From positions 1 through 61,383 of IMG/VR virus record IMGVR_UViG_3300020044_005136: DNA of 61,383 nucleotides. One strand, given 5' to 3'. The position numbers were made by a program, and so were the translations under genes. This document shows, piece by piece, positions 53,174 through 61,383 of the stretch. The notes under the pieces were generated by a model. It made no database searches, had not been told where the DNA came from, and saw only the letters and a list, made by a program, of their open reading frames with translations. This DNA comes from a virus. Lineage: Duplodnaviria; Caudoviricetes. The stretch's first letter is position 1; every line of letters begins with the position of its first letter.

Positions 53174-55686
53174 TCACCTTTTGTCGGTTTTGATTTCGCA
53201 GGTTTACCATTTGGCTGCCCAAATAGTTTTTCACCCATTTGCATTCCCATTTGTATCCCTTGAGCCTCTTGTTCTAATTCAAAACGCTCGCGGTCATCTT
53301 TCTGCTTACCAACATCAACACCAATCTTTGCGCCTTCGATCTCTTCTGTCGAAGCAATTTGGGCTGCGACAATACGTTCACGAGAAGCAATTTCTTCCTT
53401 CTTCAATTCAAGTTGTGCGGTTTTGAGCGCAGCATCTGCTTGGGCTTTCTGATCTTTGGTATCAGCTTCCTTCGCCTTGATTTGAAGTTCCTGCATCTGC
53501 ATTTGGATGATTGGATCTTGTTGCTGTTGTTGCGCCTGTTGTTGTGCCGCTTGTTGCTGGTTCTTTTGCGTCAGCTGTGTTGCAGCTTTAGCGACCAAAC
53601 GAGAAATTTGCAGCTCAACTTCTTTAGGCATTTCTTCACCTGGCTCAGGCAATGGTGCGCCCAATTCTTGCTCAATCTTCTGACGATAGAGGAAGCCAAA
53701 GTGTTGTGCTACGTGTGCCTGCATTGATGCTCCCATCTGCTGCGCCATTGGGTTTTGACCAATCATTTGAGCAGTAGCTGGGTCCTGCAAGAACGCCATG
53801 TGCGCAGTAATATGCGCTTCTTGATCTTGATAAATAAAAGCTTTAAGTGGCTTGCCAGAAAGCATCGCCATGTTTTCGCTAATAGGATCTTTTGGCTTCT
53901 CATCGTCCTCTGTAGGGATGAGTTTGCCGATGTTTTTAATACCAAGCACAGCCAACATTTGTCTATGAAGTTCCGGCAAATCATAGATCTGCGGAGCCTG
54001 CTGTGCCATCTGCATTACTGCTTGATACTGAACAACTTTCTGCGACATCGTTGCCGCATTCGGATCACTAACAGGAAGAATATCTACCTGATCATAATCA
54101 GATTGCTTAACAGAACGTTGGCCTTCAACTGGCTCATAAGAGTAATCCGATGGCGTGCAATCACGAATAATATCGCGCAGCAAACGGAACTCTTGTTTCA
54201 TCGAATAATGAATACGAGCTTGAACCGCAGACATTACTTTAAGTGTGCGCTCCAGAATTGCCAGCGTCGTACCAACCGGTGAGTTAGCCGACATATCCGA
54301 TACCTTCATATCGGCAGCTGATGCAAATCGACGACCTTCTTCTACGATCTGATTCATCAACTGAGCAAGAACTTGGCTTGGCTCTTTATATGGCAGAGGT
54401 AAAATATTGTCGCGAATAGTTCCAGACGCTACATCAACATCTCGGAATTCACCTGGGCCAATTGGTGTGTCGTCACCCTTAACGCGCATACCCTTTGTCT
54501 TCAAGCCACCAGGCAAGTTAGACAACGTACCAGCGTCAACCAACTGACGAAGAATTGATGTGCCAGATTTAGCAAATGCACCAATCAAATGGATCAAACC
54601 AAAGCAATAAAAACCAAAGCCCGGCACATAACCATAGTGGACAAAGTGACTACGCTTTTGCTTAGTCTTATCTTCTGGTCGCCAGTTACGTCTAATAGCT
54701 AAAATCTCTTGAGAAGATTTATCAATAGTTACAATGTATGGCAGAGCGATACCAGTTTCTTCGCCATCTTTATCTCGATCTTCATAGCCAACGAGATCCA
54801 AAAACACCTGCATTTCAACGAGCTTATAGCGATCATCACTGGTCGCACGGAAGCCCATCTTCTCGGCAATTTTTTTCTCTACATCATCCAACGTATTAGT
54901 TGGCTCTGGCAAATCAATATCACGATAAAAGCCAGCTACTTGCAAACGACGTAAATCATTTTCGGTTTTGCGCATCACATGGGATACGCGATCTGCCGTT
55001 TCTAAATTACTCGAACCGTAGGGAACAACCACATCTTCTGCCGGCACAAACAAAGACACTTGCCGATTTAAAGCAGGGTCAAAATACACCTTCTTAAATG
55101 CATTACCAGAAAGTCCCAAGCCCCAAAGCATACGTTCATGCTCAGGACGGTACTCAACCATCTTGTCAGTCAACTGATAGTTCATGTCATCCTGCACACG
55201 AATAGCAGCTTCTTTTTTCTCTGGAGTTTCTTTGCCGATGATCTGTGTCTTAACAGGGCCCGCAGCTGGAAACGTTTCCATAATTGTTTCAGCTTGGAAC
55301 TTAACCAAAGCCTCAGACAACAGAGGGTGATATACACCGCATGCGCCTTCCCACGGCTCAGATCGTTCTTCAATCTTCATGCCCAATAACTCCAGACCGT
55401 CTACATAAGTCTGCATCCAATCTTTTCTGGAATTAATATCGTCTTCAAACTCATCTAATAAATCATTTGCCAGTGAAGATAGCTCACTCTCATCCATATA
55501 CTCGGCAAGATTATCTTCAAACTCATCATCAGAAATTTCTTTAGGCTCAATCTCAATTTCAATATCGCCCATCTTCATCTTTACAGATTCTGGATCTTCA
55601 ATCTCAATTTCAATATCCGGCTCCGGCAAAACAGAACCTAAACCCACCGGCGCTTGATAAAGCGATTTATCCATATTGGTTGCCAT
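53170..55686 (-). CDS. Portal protein
   Basis: 838 aa directly after terL; PWEGACGV.HP, GFYCFGLIH, DAGTLSNLP motifs; Q-rich barrel. Confidence 0.88.
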   Translation of the reverse strand: MATNMDKSLYQAPVGLGSVLPEPDIEIEIEDPESVKMKMGDIEIEIEPKEISDDEFEDNLAEYMDESELSSLANDLLDEFEDDINSRKDWMQTYVDGLELLGMKIEERSEPWEGACGVYHPLLSEALVKFQAETIMETFPAAGPVKTQIIGKETPEKKEAAIRVQDDMNYQLTDKMVEYRPEHERMLWGLGLSGNAFKKVYFDPALNRQVSLFVPAEDVVVPYGSSNLETADRVSHVMRKTENDLRRLQVAGFYRDIDLPEPTNTLDDVEKKIAEKMGFRATSDDRYKLVEMQVFLDLVGYEDRDKDGEETGIALPYIVTIDKSSQEILAIRRNWRPEDKTKQKRSHFVHYGYVPGFGFYCFGLIHLIGAFAKSGTSILRQLVDAGTLSNLPGGLKTKGMRVKGDDTPIGPGEFRDVDVASGTIRDNILPLPYKEPSQVLAQLMNQIVEEGRRFASAADMKVSDMSANSPVGTTLAILERTLKVMSAVQARIHYSMKQEFRLLRDIIRDCTPSDYSYEPVEGQRSVKQSDYDQVDILPVSDPNAATMSQKVVQYQAVMQMAQQAPQIYDLPELHRQMLAVLGIKNIGKLIPTEDDEKPKDPISENMAMLSGKPLKAFIYQDQEAHITAHMAFLQDPATAQMIGQNPMAQQMGASMQAHVAQHFGFLYRQKIEQELGAPLPEPGEEMPKEVELQISRLVAKAATQLTQKNQQQAAQQQAQQQQQDPIIQMQMQELQIKAKEADTKDQKAQADAALKTAQLELKKEEIASRERIVAAQIASTEEIEGAKIGVDVGKQKDDRERFELEQEAQGIQMGMQMGEKLFGQPNGKPAKSKPTKGE

Positions 55687-55694
55687 AGCTATCC

Positions 55695-57170
55695 TTAGTA
55701 ATACGATTTTTTACGGCGGAAACCAATCTCATCTTCTTGCTCATCTGAATCCAGACGTAAGAATCCGCCCTGCCTAAATCTAATTAATGCCTGTGTCGCC
55801 GAGTCAGTTAAGTCATCATGCTCTGCATTTGGAAATCTTGCCATCTCTTCAATTAGCTCATCCGCCCATCGAGTCTCCGGTGCCCAAACTTTACCTGAGC
55901 GGAACAAGTCTGTCACTGAGTTAATACGCACAAACTTATCATTGCCACGTACCGGCGTATAGTCCGAAACCATAACACCCATTGCCCGTAATTCATATAT
56001 AAGTGGAGCCCCAGCCGCCTTAGCCTCAATAATACAAGCATCTGGCTCCCATTCATCATAAAACCGTTTCGCCGTATCCTTCAATTCAGGAAACTCCATC
56101 TTATTCTTATAGGCGTCCAACAGAATAATGTTTACATCGTTCTCATTTTCGTTCAAATGGAACACACCCCACGTAGTACACGCAGAATAGTCAGACCTTT
56201 GGTTCTTAGTAAACGCCGTATCCCATGATTGGATAATAAACTCGCACCTTGGCGGCCGTTCAGGCTCCCATCTCTTCCACCAATCCCGCTTTACTATCGC
56301 ACCTTCCTCGCCAGTAGGTGTTTGCTGGTACTGAGCGTTCCATTTATACGGCGGAAGCTCCTCTTTTAGTGCAGTTAGCTCCTCTAATGACCAGAATTCA
56401 GGCCATAAAGGCTTGCCAGAAGGCATAATTGCCGGTAATTCGATGACTTCCCACTCAGAATCGGAGTTTTTTAGGATTTTGCCGGTCAAATCCTTATCCG
56501 ACCACCGTGTCATCACTATAATAATAGCGCCGCCAGGCTGTAATCGCTGCCGAGGGCCAGATGTATACCACTCATACACACTATCAAACACAGTTGGGTC
56601 AGCCTGCGCTAACCTAGCCTCCTGCTCTGAGTGCGGATCGTCAATAATAAGTAAATCAGCGCCCTTACCGGTAACAGTACCACCCACGCCAATAGCAAAA
56701 TAGTCGCCATTGTGGTTAGTAGACCAACGGCCAGCAGCCTTAGAGTCAGCCCGAAGAGCGACGCCTGGGAATATCTTCGCATATTGTTCGCTATCAACTA
56801 AATTCCTAACCTTACGTCCAAATCCAACAGCAAGGTCCGCCGTGTTAGAAGCCTGAATAACTTTTTTATCTGGGAACTTCCCCAAATACCACGCCGGCAA
56901 CATATTAGAAGCAAACTCAGACTTAGTATGCCGAGGAGCCATATTAATAATTAACCGCTTTAACTTCCCTTCAGCTATTTCCTCAAACTTCTTCGCCATA
57001 ACAGCATGATGCCGCCCATGTATAAACCCAGGCCACATAGACTTTACAAACGGCATAAAGTTCTTTTGCGCCTTCTCCCTCTCAACAGCATCCTTATACT
57101 GTGATACCTGCTCCAATAACTTTTCCTGCTCGTTAATTGGAAGCTGCGCAATCATATCGGCGATTTCCAT
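55695..57170 (-). CDS. terL: Terminase large subunit
   Basis: APRHTKS Walker A, LLIIDDP Walker B, SWDTA and HDDLTD nuclease motifs. Confidence 0.95.
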   Translation of the reverse strand: MEIADMIAQLPINEQEKLLEQVSQYKDAVEREKAQKNFMPFVKSMWPGFIHGRHHAVMAKKFEEIAEGKLKRLIINMAPRHTKSEFASNMLPAWYLGKFPDKKVIQASNTADLAVGFGRKVRNLVDSEQYAKIFPGVALRADSKAAGRWSTNHNGDYFAIGVGGTVTGKGADLLIIDDPHSEQEARLAQADPTVFDSVYEWYTSGPRQRLQPGGAIIIVMTRWSDKDLTGKILKNSDSEWEVIELPAIMPSGKPLWPEFWSLEELTALKEELPPYKWNAQYQQTPTGEEGAIVKRDWWKRWEPERPPRCEFIIQSWDTAFTKNQRSDYSACTTWGVFHLNENENDVNIILLDAYKNKMEFPELKDTAKRFYDEWEPDACIIEAKAAGAPLIYELRAMGVMVSDYTPVRGNDKFVRINSVTDLFRSGKVWAPETRWADELIEEMARFPNAEHDDLTDSATQALIRFRQGGFLRLDSDEQEDEIGFRRKKSYY

Positions 57171-57397
57171 TACTCGTTCGGTCTCCAAGGACTATTCAAC
57201 ACTTCACGCATCTTCGCCGGAGACAGCTCCACATCAACCATATGCGGATAGATCTTCACAGCCTCAATATCCCGTATAGTCTCCATAGTCCTAATGGCCT
57301 CATCCAAGTTCGCCATAGTTCTAGTAACTTCCAATACCCGATCCATCGTCTGCAAAACAATATCCTGTCTCATCTTCCACTCTTTGTATTCTTTCAT
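57170..57397 (-). CDS. Hypothetical protein
   Basis: ORF whose stop overlaps the terL start. Confidence 0.55.
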   Translation of the reverse strand: MKEYKEWKMRQDIVLQTMDRVLEVTRTMANLDEAIRTMETIRDIEAVKIYPHMVDVELSPAKMREVLNSPWRPNE

Positions 57398-57399
57398 TT

Positions 57400-57699
57400 T
57401 TAATCCAGTTTTCTAAAGTTAATGTAAACAGGCCGCACACTCCGGCTCACCCCCTTCAACCTTTTCAAAACCCCCAGCCGGACCAGCCTATCTATAATCT
57501 CCTTCGTATTCCCAAGCCCCTTCTTATTCCTAGCAATAGAAATATCCCGTATAGACGGACCAAAGCTATACCGCTTCCACCACTCATCCACAATAATAAA
57601 TACTTCCCTCTGCGTTGGCGTCATCTTCATCCCCAAACAAGCCTCTAACGTAAGCACCCTGCTACGCCTACTCATCACTCTATTAATCAATATTTCCAT
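57400..57699 (-). CDS. LexA-like DNA-binding domain protein without the peptidase domain
   Basis: MTPTQREV...GPSIRDI...L.RLGVLKR...RSVR winged-helix pattern. Confidence 0.7.
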   Translation of the reverse strand: MEILINRVMSRRSRVLTLEACLGMKMTPTQREVFIIVDEWWKRYSFGPSIRDISIARNKKGLGNTKEIIDRLVRLGVLKRLKGVSRSVRPVYINFRKLD

Positions 57700-57849
57700 A
57701 ATCAACTCTTAAGACTTTACTTTAACAAATATGACGGTCATACACTTACAATGTTTGTAGATTATCATTTATTTAACACACGGATTCTAAATTTTATATA
57801 CCCCCCCACCCATGTTATTTTGAAAACATAGGGGGTGGTTCCCTATAAG

Positions 57850-58575
57850 TTAGTCCGAGGAGTTGTCGCTCCGGAAGGTATTCGATATCTGAGTGGATCG
57901 TTCGTGTGGATTAATATGTAGAGAATCCTGGCTCCGACTTTCCTCAGTTTGGGGTGGTCGGGGGTGGGTGGGTTCGTCAGAATCAGGCATCACATTTTCC
58001 ATGTCATCCGGCTGAGTTGATGGTGCAAGCTCAGACAATAAATCGTCCGCATCAATATCGGTCACATCACCATTACTTCCCAGCATTAATGTTTTTAATT
58101 CCGCCAGTATTTTTTCCTTAATTGCCGCTGACCCGCTTGAATTAATAACTTCGCGCCGCTCGGTGAATGCTGCCACTTCCGTTACAGTGCCTAATACCTT
58201 GGCCGCTTGCACTCGCTGGGCATCTTTAGTATCTGGATTAATCAGTACCTGCGTTAGTGATTGGATTACTAGATTGCGAAGAGCTTCACTAGTTCGATAT
58301 TTCGCTGCTTCATTTGCCAGCATATAAGCCTGTATTTCCCGCTGTATTCTCTCGTCCGCTTTTAATTCACTGGCTTTGTTGCCTTGGTGTTTTGGCTTTG
58401 CTTTTGTGTCATACGCTATCCGATAACTTTCAGCTCCCGTATTACCTAATGCCACAGCCTGCGCAAAGGCTTTTTGTTTTGCCGTTAAATCCGATTTACC
58501 TACTAATAGAATGTTTTCTATTGGCATCTCTCTTATTGCCTTCCTTGCTTGTGCTCTACTCATTGTTTTGGTCAT
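57850..58575 (-). CDS. terS: Terminase small subunit
   Basis: LTAKQKAF..G....YR.AY....ASEL....I HTH pattern; upstream of terL. Confidence 0.75.
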   Translation of the reverse strand: MTKTMSRAQARKAIREMPIENILLVGKSDLTAKQKAFAQAVALGNTGAESYRIAYDTKAKPKHQGNKASELKADERIQREIQAYMLANEAAKYRTSEALRNLVIQSLTQVLINPDTKDAQRVQAAKVLGTVTEVAAFTERREVINSSGSAAIKEKILAELKTLMLGSNGDVTDIDADDLLSELAPSTQPDDMENVMPDSDEPTHPRPPQTEESRSQDSLHINPHERSTQISNTFRSDNSSD

Positions 58576-58676
58576 TATGCCGTCCCGCTGCGCTAGTTAA
58601 TTCACCCGAAATATACCAGAACAAAACCGGTATATGCAAATTCTATCAAAACCTGGATTTCATAGCCTTATTCTAT

Positions 58677-58783
58677 TGTCCCAAAATGTGACACCTGTTC
58701 GGTACACATGGAACAAATTGATACACATTATTGCGATGCAGCGACGGCAGAATGCGGGTTTTAGCCTTGGCACAATGCTTGCA
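58677..58783 (+). promoter_or_regulatory. sigma54 (-24/-12) promoter with upstream enhancer-like palindrome
   Basis: TGGCAC-N5-TTGCA at 58768-58783; TGTCnCAnnnTGnGACA at 58677-58693. Confidence 0.65.
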
Positions 58784-58842
58784 ATATGTAGCGCAGTAGT
58801 GATGCAATACAAAATTACAATCGACAACAAACAGAGGAAAAA

Positions 58843-59052
58843 ATGCTGACACTATTAGATCAAGTTAAACAGTACTGCACAGAAAACTACAATAAAGGGT
58901 TTGACGTTTTTGTAGAGTGCTATTCAGATGCAGAGTTATTAGAGGAAATCGGCACAGCCGGAACATTGACCGATGCGATTAAAAAATTAAGCAAATTTGT
59001 TTCCATTCGTGAGGAAGCAAGAGCAAATTGCCGTTTCGGCGACGAGTATTGA
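58843..59052 (+). CDS. Early hypothetical protein
   Basis: GAGG RBS; NY..G.D..VEC motif. Confidence 0.7.
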   Translation: MLTLLDQVKQYCTENYNKGFDVFVECYSDAELLEEIGTAGTLTDAIKKLSKFVSIREEARANCRFGDEY

Positions 59053-59075
59053 TCCACTAACAAAGGAAAAAGAAA

Positions 59076-59228
59076 ATGAAAACATCAGATTACAGATTCG
59101 AGCAAACAGACTGCGGTTTCCGCTTATATGTGCGACGCGGCAATGCATTCGTGCATTTTGGGCATTTCACCACTAAAAACGACGCGCTGCGGATTTATGC
59201 CGATTACTTAAACCATCAAGCAAACTAA
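59076..59228 (+). CDS. Early hypothetical protein (50 aa)
   Basis: Read manually; AAAGGA RBS. Confidence 0.65.
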   Translation: MKTSDYRFEQTDCGFRLYVRRGNAFVHFGHFTTKNDALRIYADYLNHQAN

Positions 59229-59240
59229 AGGAAAAAGAAA

Positions 59241-59420
59241 ATGCAAATCACAGTAAGAATTAAAACCGTTTACGGCATCGAAACCGTTTACCCAATTTGC
59301 CCGAAAGCAAAAATTTTCGCAGCACTGGCAGGAACCAAAACCCTGACCGGCAATTCTCTAATGCATATAAAAAGTTTGGGTTACACGCTAGCAGTAGATC
59401 AACCCGAATTTACAATTTAA
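59241..59420 (+). CDS. Early conserved hypothetical protein (59 aa; VYG...YP.C..A..FA.LAGTKTLT)
   Basis: Read manually; AAAGGA RBS; common phage motif. Confidence 0.75.
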   Translation: MQITVRIKTVYGIETVYPICPKAKIFAALAGTKTLTGNSLMHIKSLGYTLAVDQPEFTI

Positions 59421-59435
59421 TAAAGGAAAACCAAA

Positions 59436-59642
59436 ATGCTAATTTTCAATTATCCCAGCAAAAAAGTATTAAAAGAGCAAACAGGCCAACCCTTACGCTA
59501 TACGGAAACGTCTGTATTCGGTGAACAATATCGCCCCGATGGTTGGCTTACTGGTGCGAACCGTCCGCATATCACAGGCATTGGGCGTGAATTTTTTGCA
59601 CAGGTTTTGATGGAAAACGGAAAGATTACAAAAGTTAAATAA
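59436..59642 (+). CDS. Early conserved hypothetical protein (YPSKK.LKE..G..L.Y.ETS.FG.Y)
   Basis: AAAGGA RBS; common phage motif. Confidence 0.75.
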   Translation: MLIFNYPSKKVLKEQTGQPLRYTETSVFGEQYRPDGWLTGANRPHITGIGREFFAQVLMENGKITKVK

Positions 59643-59686
59643 ACCAATAGGCCGGCTAGACCGGCCACTACTTGAGGAAAAATAAA

Positions 59687-60439
59687 ATGCAAAACCCCTA
59701 CAAACTACAGTTAAAAGCCGAAGGTTTACCCTACCGCACAATTTTGGGAGAGTCCTCCGCGAAGACAATCAAGGGCGAAAAAATCGGATATCTAACCGGT
59801 ATTGTGTATTTAGTGCCAGATGCAAAATTATGCCCTTTCGCAATAATGGCAGGTTGTTTTGACCCTTGTTTAAAATCGGCAGGAAGAGGAGCATTCAATT
59901 CTGTGCAAAAAGCCCGAGCGGAAAAAACCGAATTTTTCAAAACCAATCAACGGGCATTCATGTTGTCGCTTTGTGCCGATATATGGTCACTGGCACGCAA
60001 AGCCGACCGGCTAGCACTGATCCCACTAGTCCGCCCAAATGGGACGAGTGATATACCCTTTGAAAATATTTTGATCGACGGAAAAACCATTTTTCAGATT
60101 TTCGCAAATGTTCAGTTTTACGATTACACAAAACACCCATCGCGAAATTTAGACGGCAAAACCGCAGGAAATTATGATCTTACTTATTCATTCTCAGCAA
60201 TCACGCCGAAACCGATCAGCATCAAGGGGTTGACTAATCCAGCAAACAAACGAACCGCAGTGGTTTTTTATAAGCGTTCAGAAATTCCGAATACATATAG
60301 GGGCTGGCAGGTAATAGACGGAGACGACACAGATGTGCGTCATATCGAACCGTCGCGCGTAGTAGTGGCACTGTATGCAAAAGGTAAAGCAAAGAAAGAG
60401 GAAAACGGATTCGTGCAAATTTTAGGGAGAGACTATTAA
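59687..60439 (+). CDS. GP88-like protein with a three-Cys cluster motif
   Basis: CP.A..GC..PCL, RPNGTSDI, FYDYTK, DGD..D.R motifs. Confidence 0.7.
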   Translation: MQNPYKLQLKAEGLPYRTILGESSAKTIKGEKIGYLTGIVYLVPDAKLCPFAIMAGCFDPCLKSAGRGAFNSVQKARAEKTEFFKTNQRAFMLSLCADIWSLARKADRLALIPLVRPNGTSDIPFENILIDGKTIFQIFANVQFYDYTKHPSRNLDGKTAGNYDLTYSFSAITPKPISIKGLTNPANKRTAVVFYKRSEIPNTYRGWQVIDGDDTDVRHIEPSRVVVALYAKGKAKKEENGFVQILGRDY

Positions 60440-60440
60440 A

Positions 60441-60689
60441 ATGAAAATCACTGTAAACATTGGCGGTTCCGTCACACTGACACACGCCGGCCATGAAACG
60501 ACATATTACTGCCCACCGGACGGCGGTTATATCCGCACCGATCCGGACAATCGGCAGGTATGCAACCGGCTGCAAATTATGGGCCCGACTCTCATTAGTC
60601 CATCACGCGATGCACTAGCGGACGTTATCCGCAGAGAATACCGCCGCGCATACGCTGCCGCCCGTCGTGAATTGAATAGTTATAGGTAA
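60441..60689 (+). CDS. Early hypothetical protein
   Basis: GGAG RBS; GGYI...QVC..L...G.TL motif. Confidence 0.65.
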   Translation: MKITVNIGGSVTLTHAGHETTYYCPPDGGYIRTDPDNRQVCNRLQIMGPTLISPSRDALADVIRREYRRAYAAARRELNSYR

Positions 60690-60741
60690 AACCTATCAAA
60701 ACCTGGGAAATAATAGTGTTTTTATTTTAAACAAAACATTG

Positions 60742-61059
60742 TTTTTTAATGTGGAAAAGTAGCGGACTAAACAAAGGAAAAAAATTATGCTTAACAATTA
60801 CTACGAATTTACAATCGGCGTGCACTATGCCCCAGCAATCATTAATGAGGATTATTCTGGACTAGATGATATCGAAGCAATCGAATTAGATAATTTTATG
60901 GACGAATATTACCGGCTACAAAATGCAACTTTTGATATCCCAGACACCGAATCGGAATTTTCCCGATGCGAAATCAGCAATTTAATGTCGGATTGCATCA
61001 CTCTGAAAATCCATTTTACAGATGCGGAAGAGTTGATTTTTTAATGTGGAAAAGTAGCG
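60742..61059. repeat. 23-bp direct repeat TTTTTTAATGTGGAAAAGTAGCG flanking one gene
   Basis: Copies at 60742-60764 and 61037-61059. Confidence 0.85.
60787..61044 (+). CDS. Early acidic hypothetical protein (AIIN.D.SGL family)
   Basis: AAAGGA RBS. Confidence 0.7.
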   Translation: MLNNYYEFTIGVHYAPAIINEDYSGLDDIEAIELDNFMDEYYRLQNATFDIPDTESEFSRCEISNLMSDCITLKIHFTDAEELIF

Positions 61060-61133
61060 AAAATTTTACGCAGTGGAATTTTTACGCGTTAGAATACAAC
61101 AGGCACAATTTAAATTTTATATGAGGTGATGCA

Positions 61134-61383
61134 ATGAGTTATGAAACCGAATTTCCTGATTTTATTTTAGATGTGGATTTGCCGGCAGGGTTCCGTGATC
61201 TGAGCTGGCATAACAATGCGATGCCTTGTTGGAGTAGAGCATTGGCGGATAAAACGGAATTAATGCTATGGATTGACTACGCCGATCCAGCGCTGCGGGA
61301 TAGTGCAAAAAACCCGCGTTTTTTCTTGGCGCGCATGGACATGACGCTTTCAGACACTTTCGAAAGTATATCGACGGATGATT
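61134..61383 (+). CDS. 5' part of the gene spanning the circular junction (continues to 303)
   Basis: In frame with ORF 1..303. Confidence 0.8.
   Translation, partial: MSYETEFPDFILDVDLPAGFRDLSWHNNAMPCWSRALADKTELMLWIDYADPALRDSAKNPRFFLARMDMTLSDTFESISTDD
61263..61383. repeat. Terminal overlap (copy 2), identical to 1-121
   Basis: Exact match. Confidence 0.97.

Noticed and set aside
55695-57170. Intein or intron in the terminase (also checked for helicase and capsid)
   Set aside because: Lengths are normal and no splice-junction or homing-endonuclease motifs were seen.
59650-59666. GGCCGG/CCGGCC hairpin as a terminator
   Set aside because: No U-tract follows; at most an mRNA stability or processing hairpin.
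61263-61383. 121-bp terminal direct repeat as a biological DTR
   Set aside because: It falls in the middle of a gene and looks like an assembler overlap. It shows circularity, not physical ends.
1-61383. Alternative genetic code, tRNA genes, integrase/att site, DNA polymerase
   Set aside because: Genes tile densely under the standard code. I saw no cloverleaf with a T-loop consensus and no integrase or polymerase motifs by eye; a tRNAscan/HMM run would be needed to be certain.

Overview
This window is a complete, circularly permuted dsDNA tailed-phage genome. Bases 61263-61383 repeat bases 1-121 exactly, giving a unit length of about 61,262 bp. The architecture is podovirus-like: terS, terL, portal, GroES-like co-chaperonin, scaffold, Mu-gpT-like major capsid, P22-gp10-like tail protein, LamG and S74 tail fibres, lysozyme, and large ejection proteins including a probable LPD38 polyvalent protein. 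The host is probably an aquatic proteobacterium (inference only). Modules: (i) small early genes on + (58.8 kb through the origin to 2.7 kb); (ii) replication genes on - (ParB-like, SF2 helicase, Toprim primase), preceded by a 0.7-kb non-coding region dense in structured RNA; (iii) recombination genes on + (PD-(D/E)XK exonuclease, ERF, SSB-like) followed by a long run of small accessory genes; (iv) morphogenesis and lysis genes on - (17.4-58.6 kb). I recognised no DNA polymerase, integrase, reverse transcriptase, tRNA or CRISPR array. The most unusual features are: (1) a 3.3-kb array (12.4-15.7 kb) of short genes built from four recurring in-frame DNA linkers and swappable variable segments, where the last linker also supplies the RBS and start codon of the next gene; (2) a cluster of three non-coding RNAs (an sRNA, a C4-like antisense RNA and a ~290-nt multi-pseudoknot RNA) upstream of the replication genes; (3) a sigma54-type promoter with an enhancer-like palindrome in front of the early genes; (4) a recurring [FYM]xxGG tag across many virion-associated proteins. 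All family assignments come from motif recognition by eye, not from database searches.
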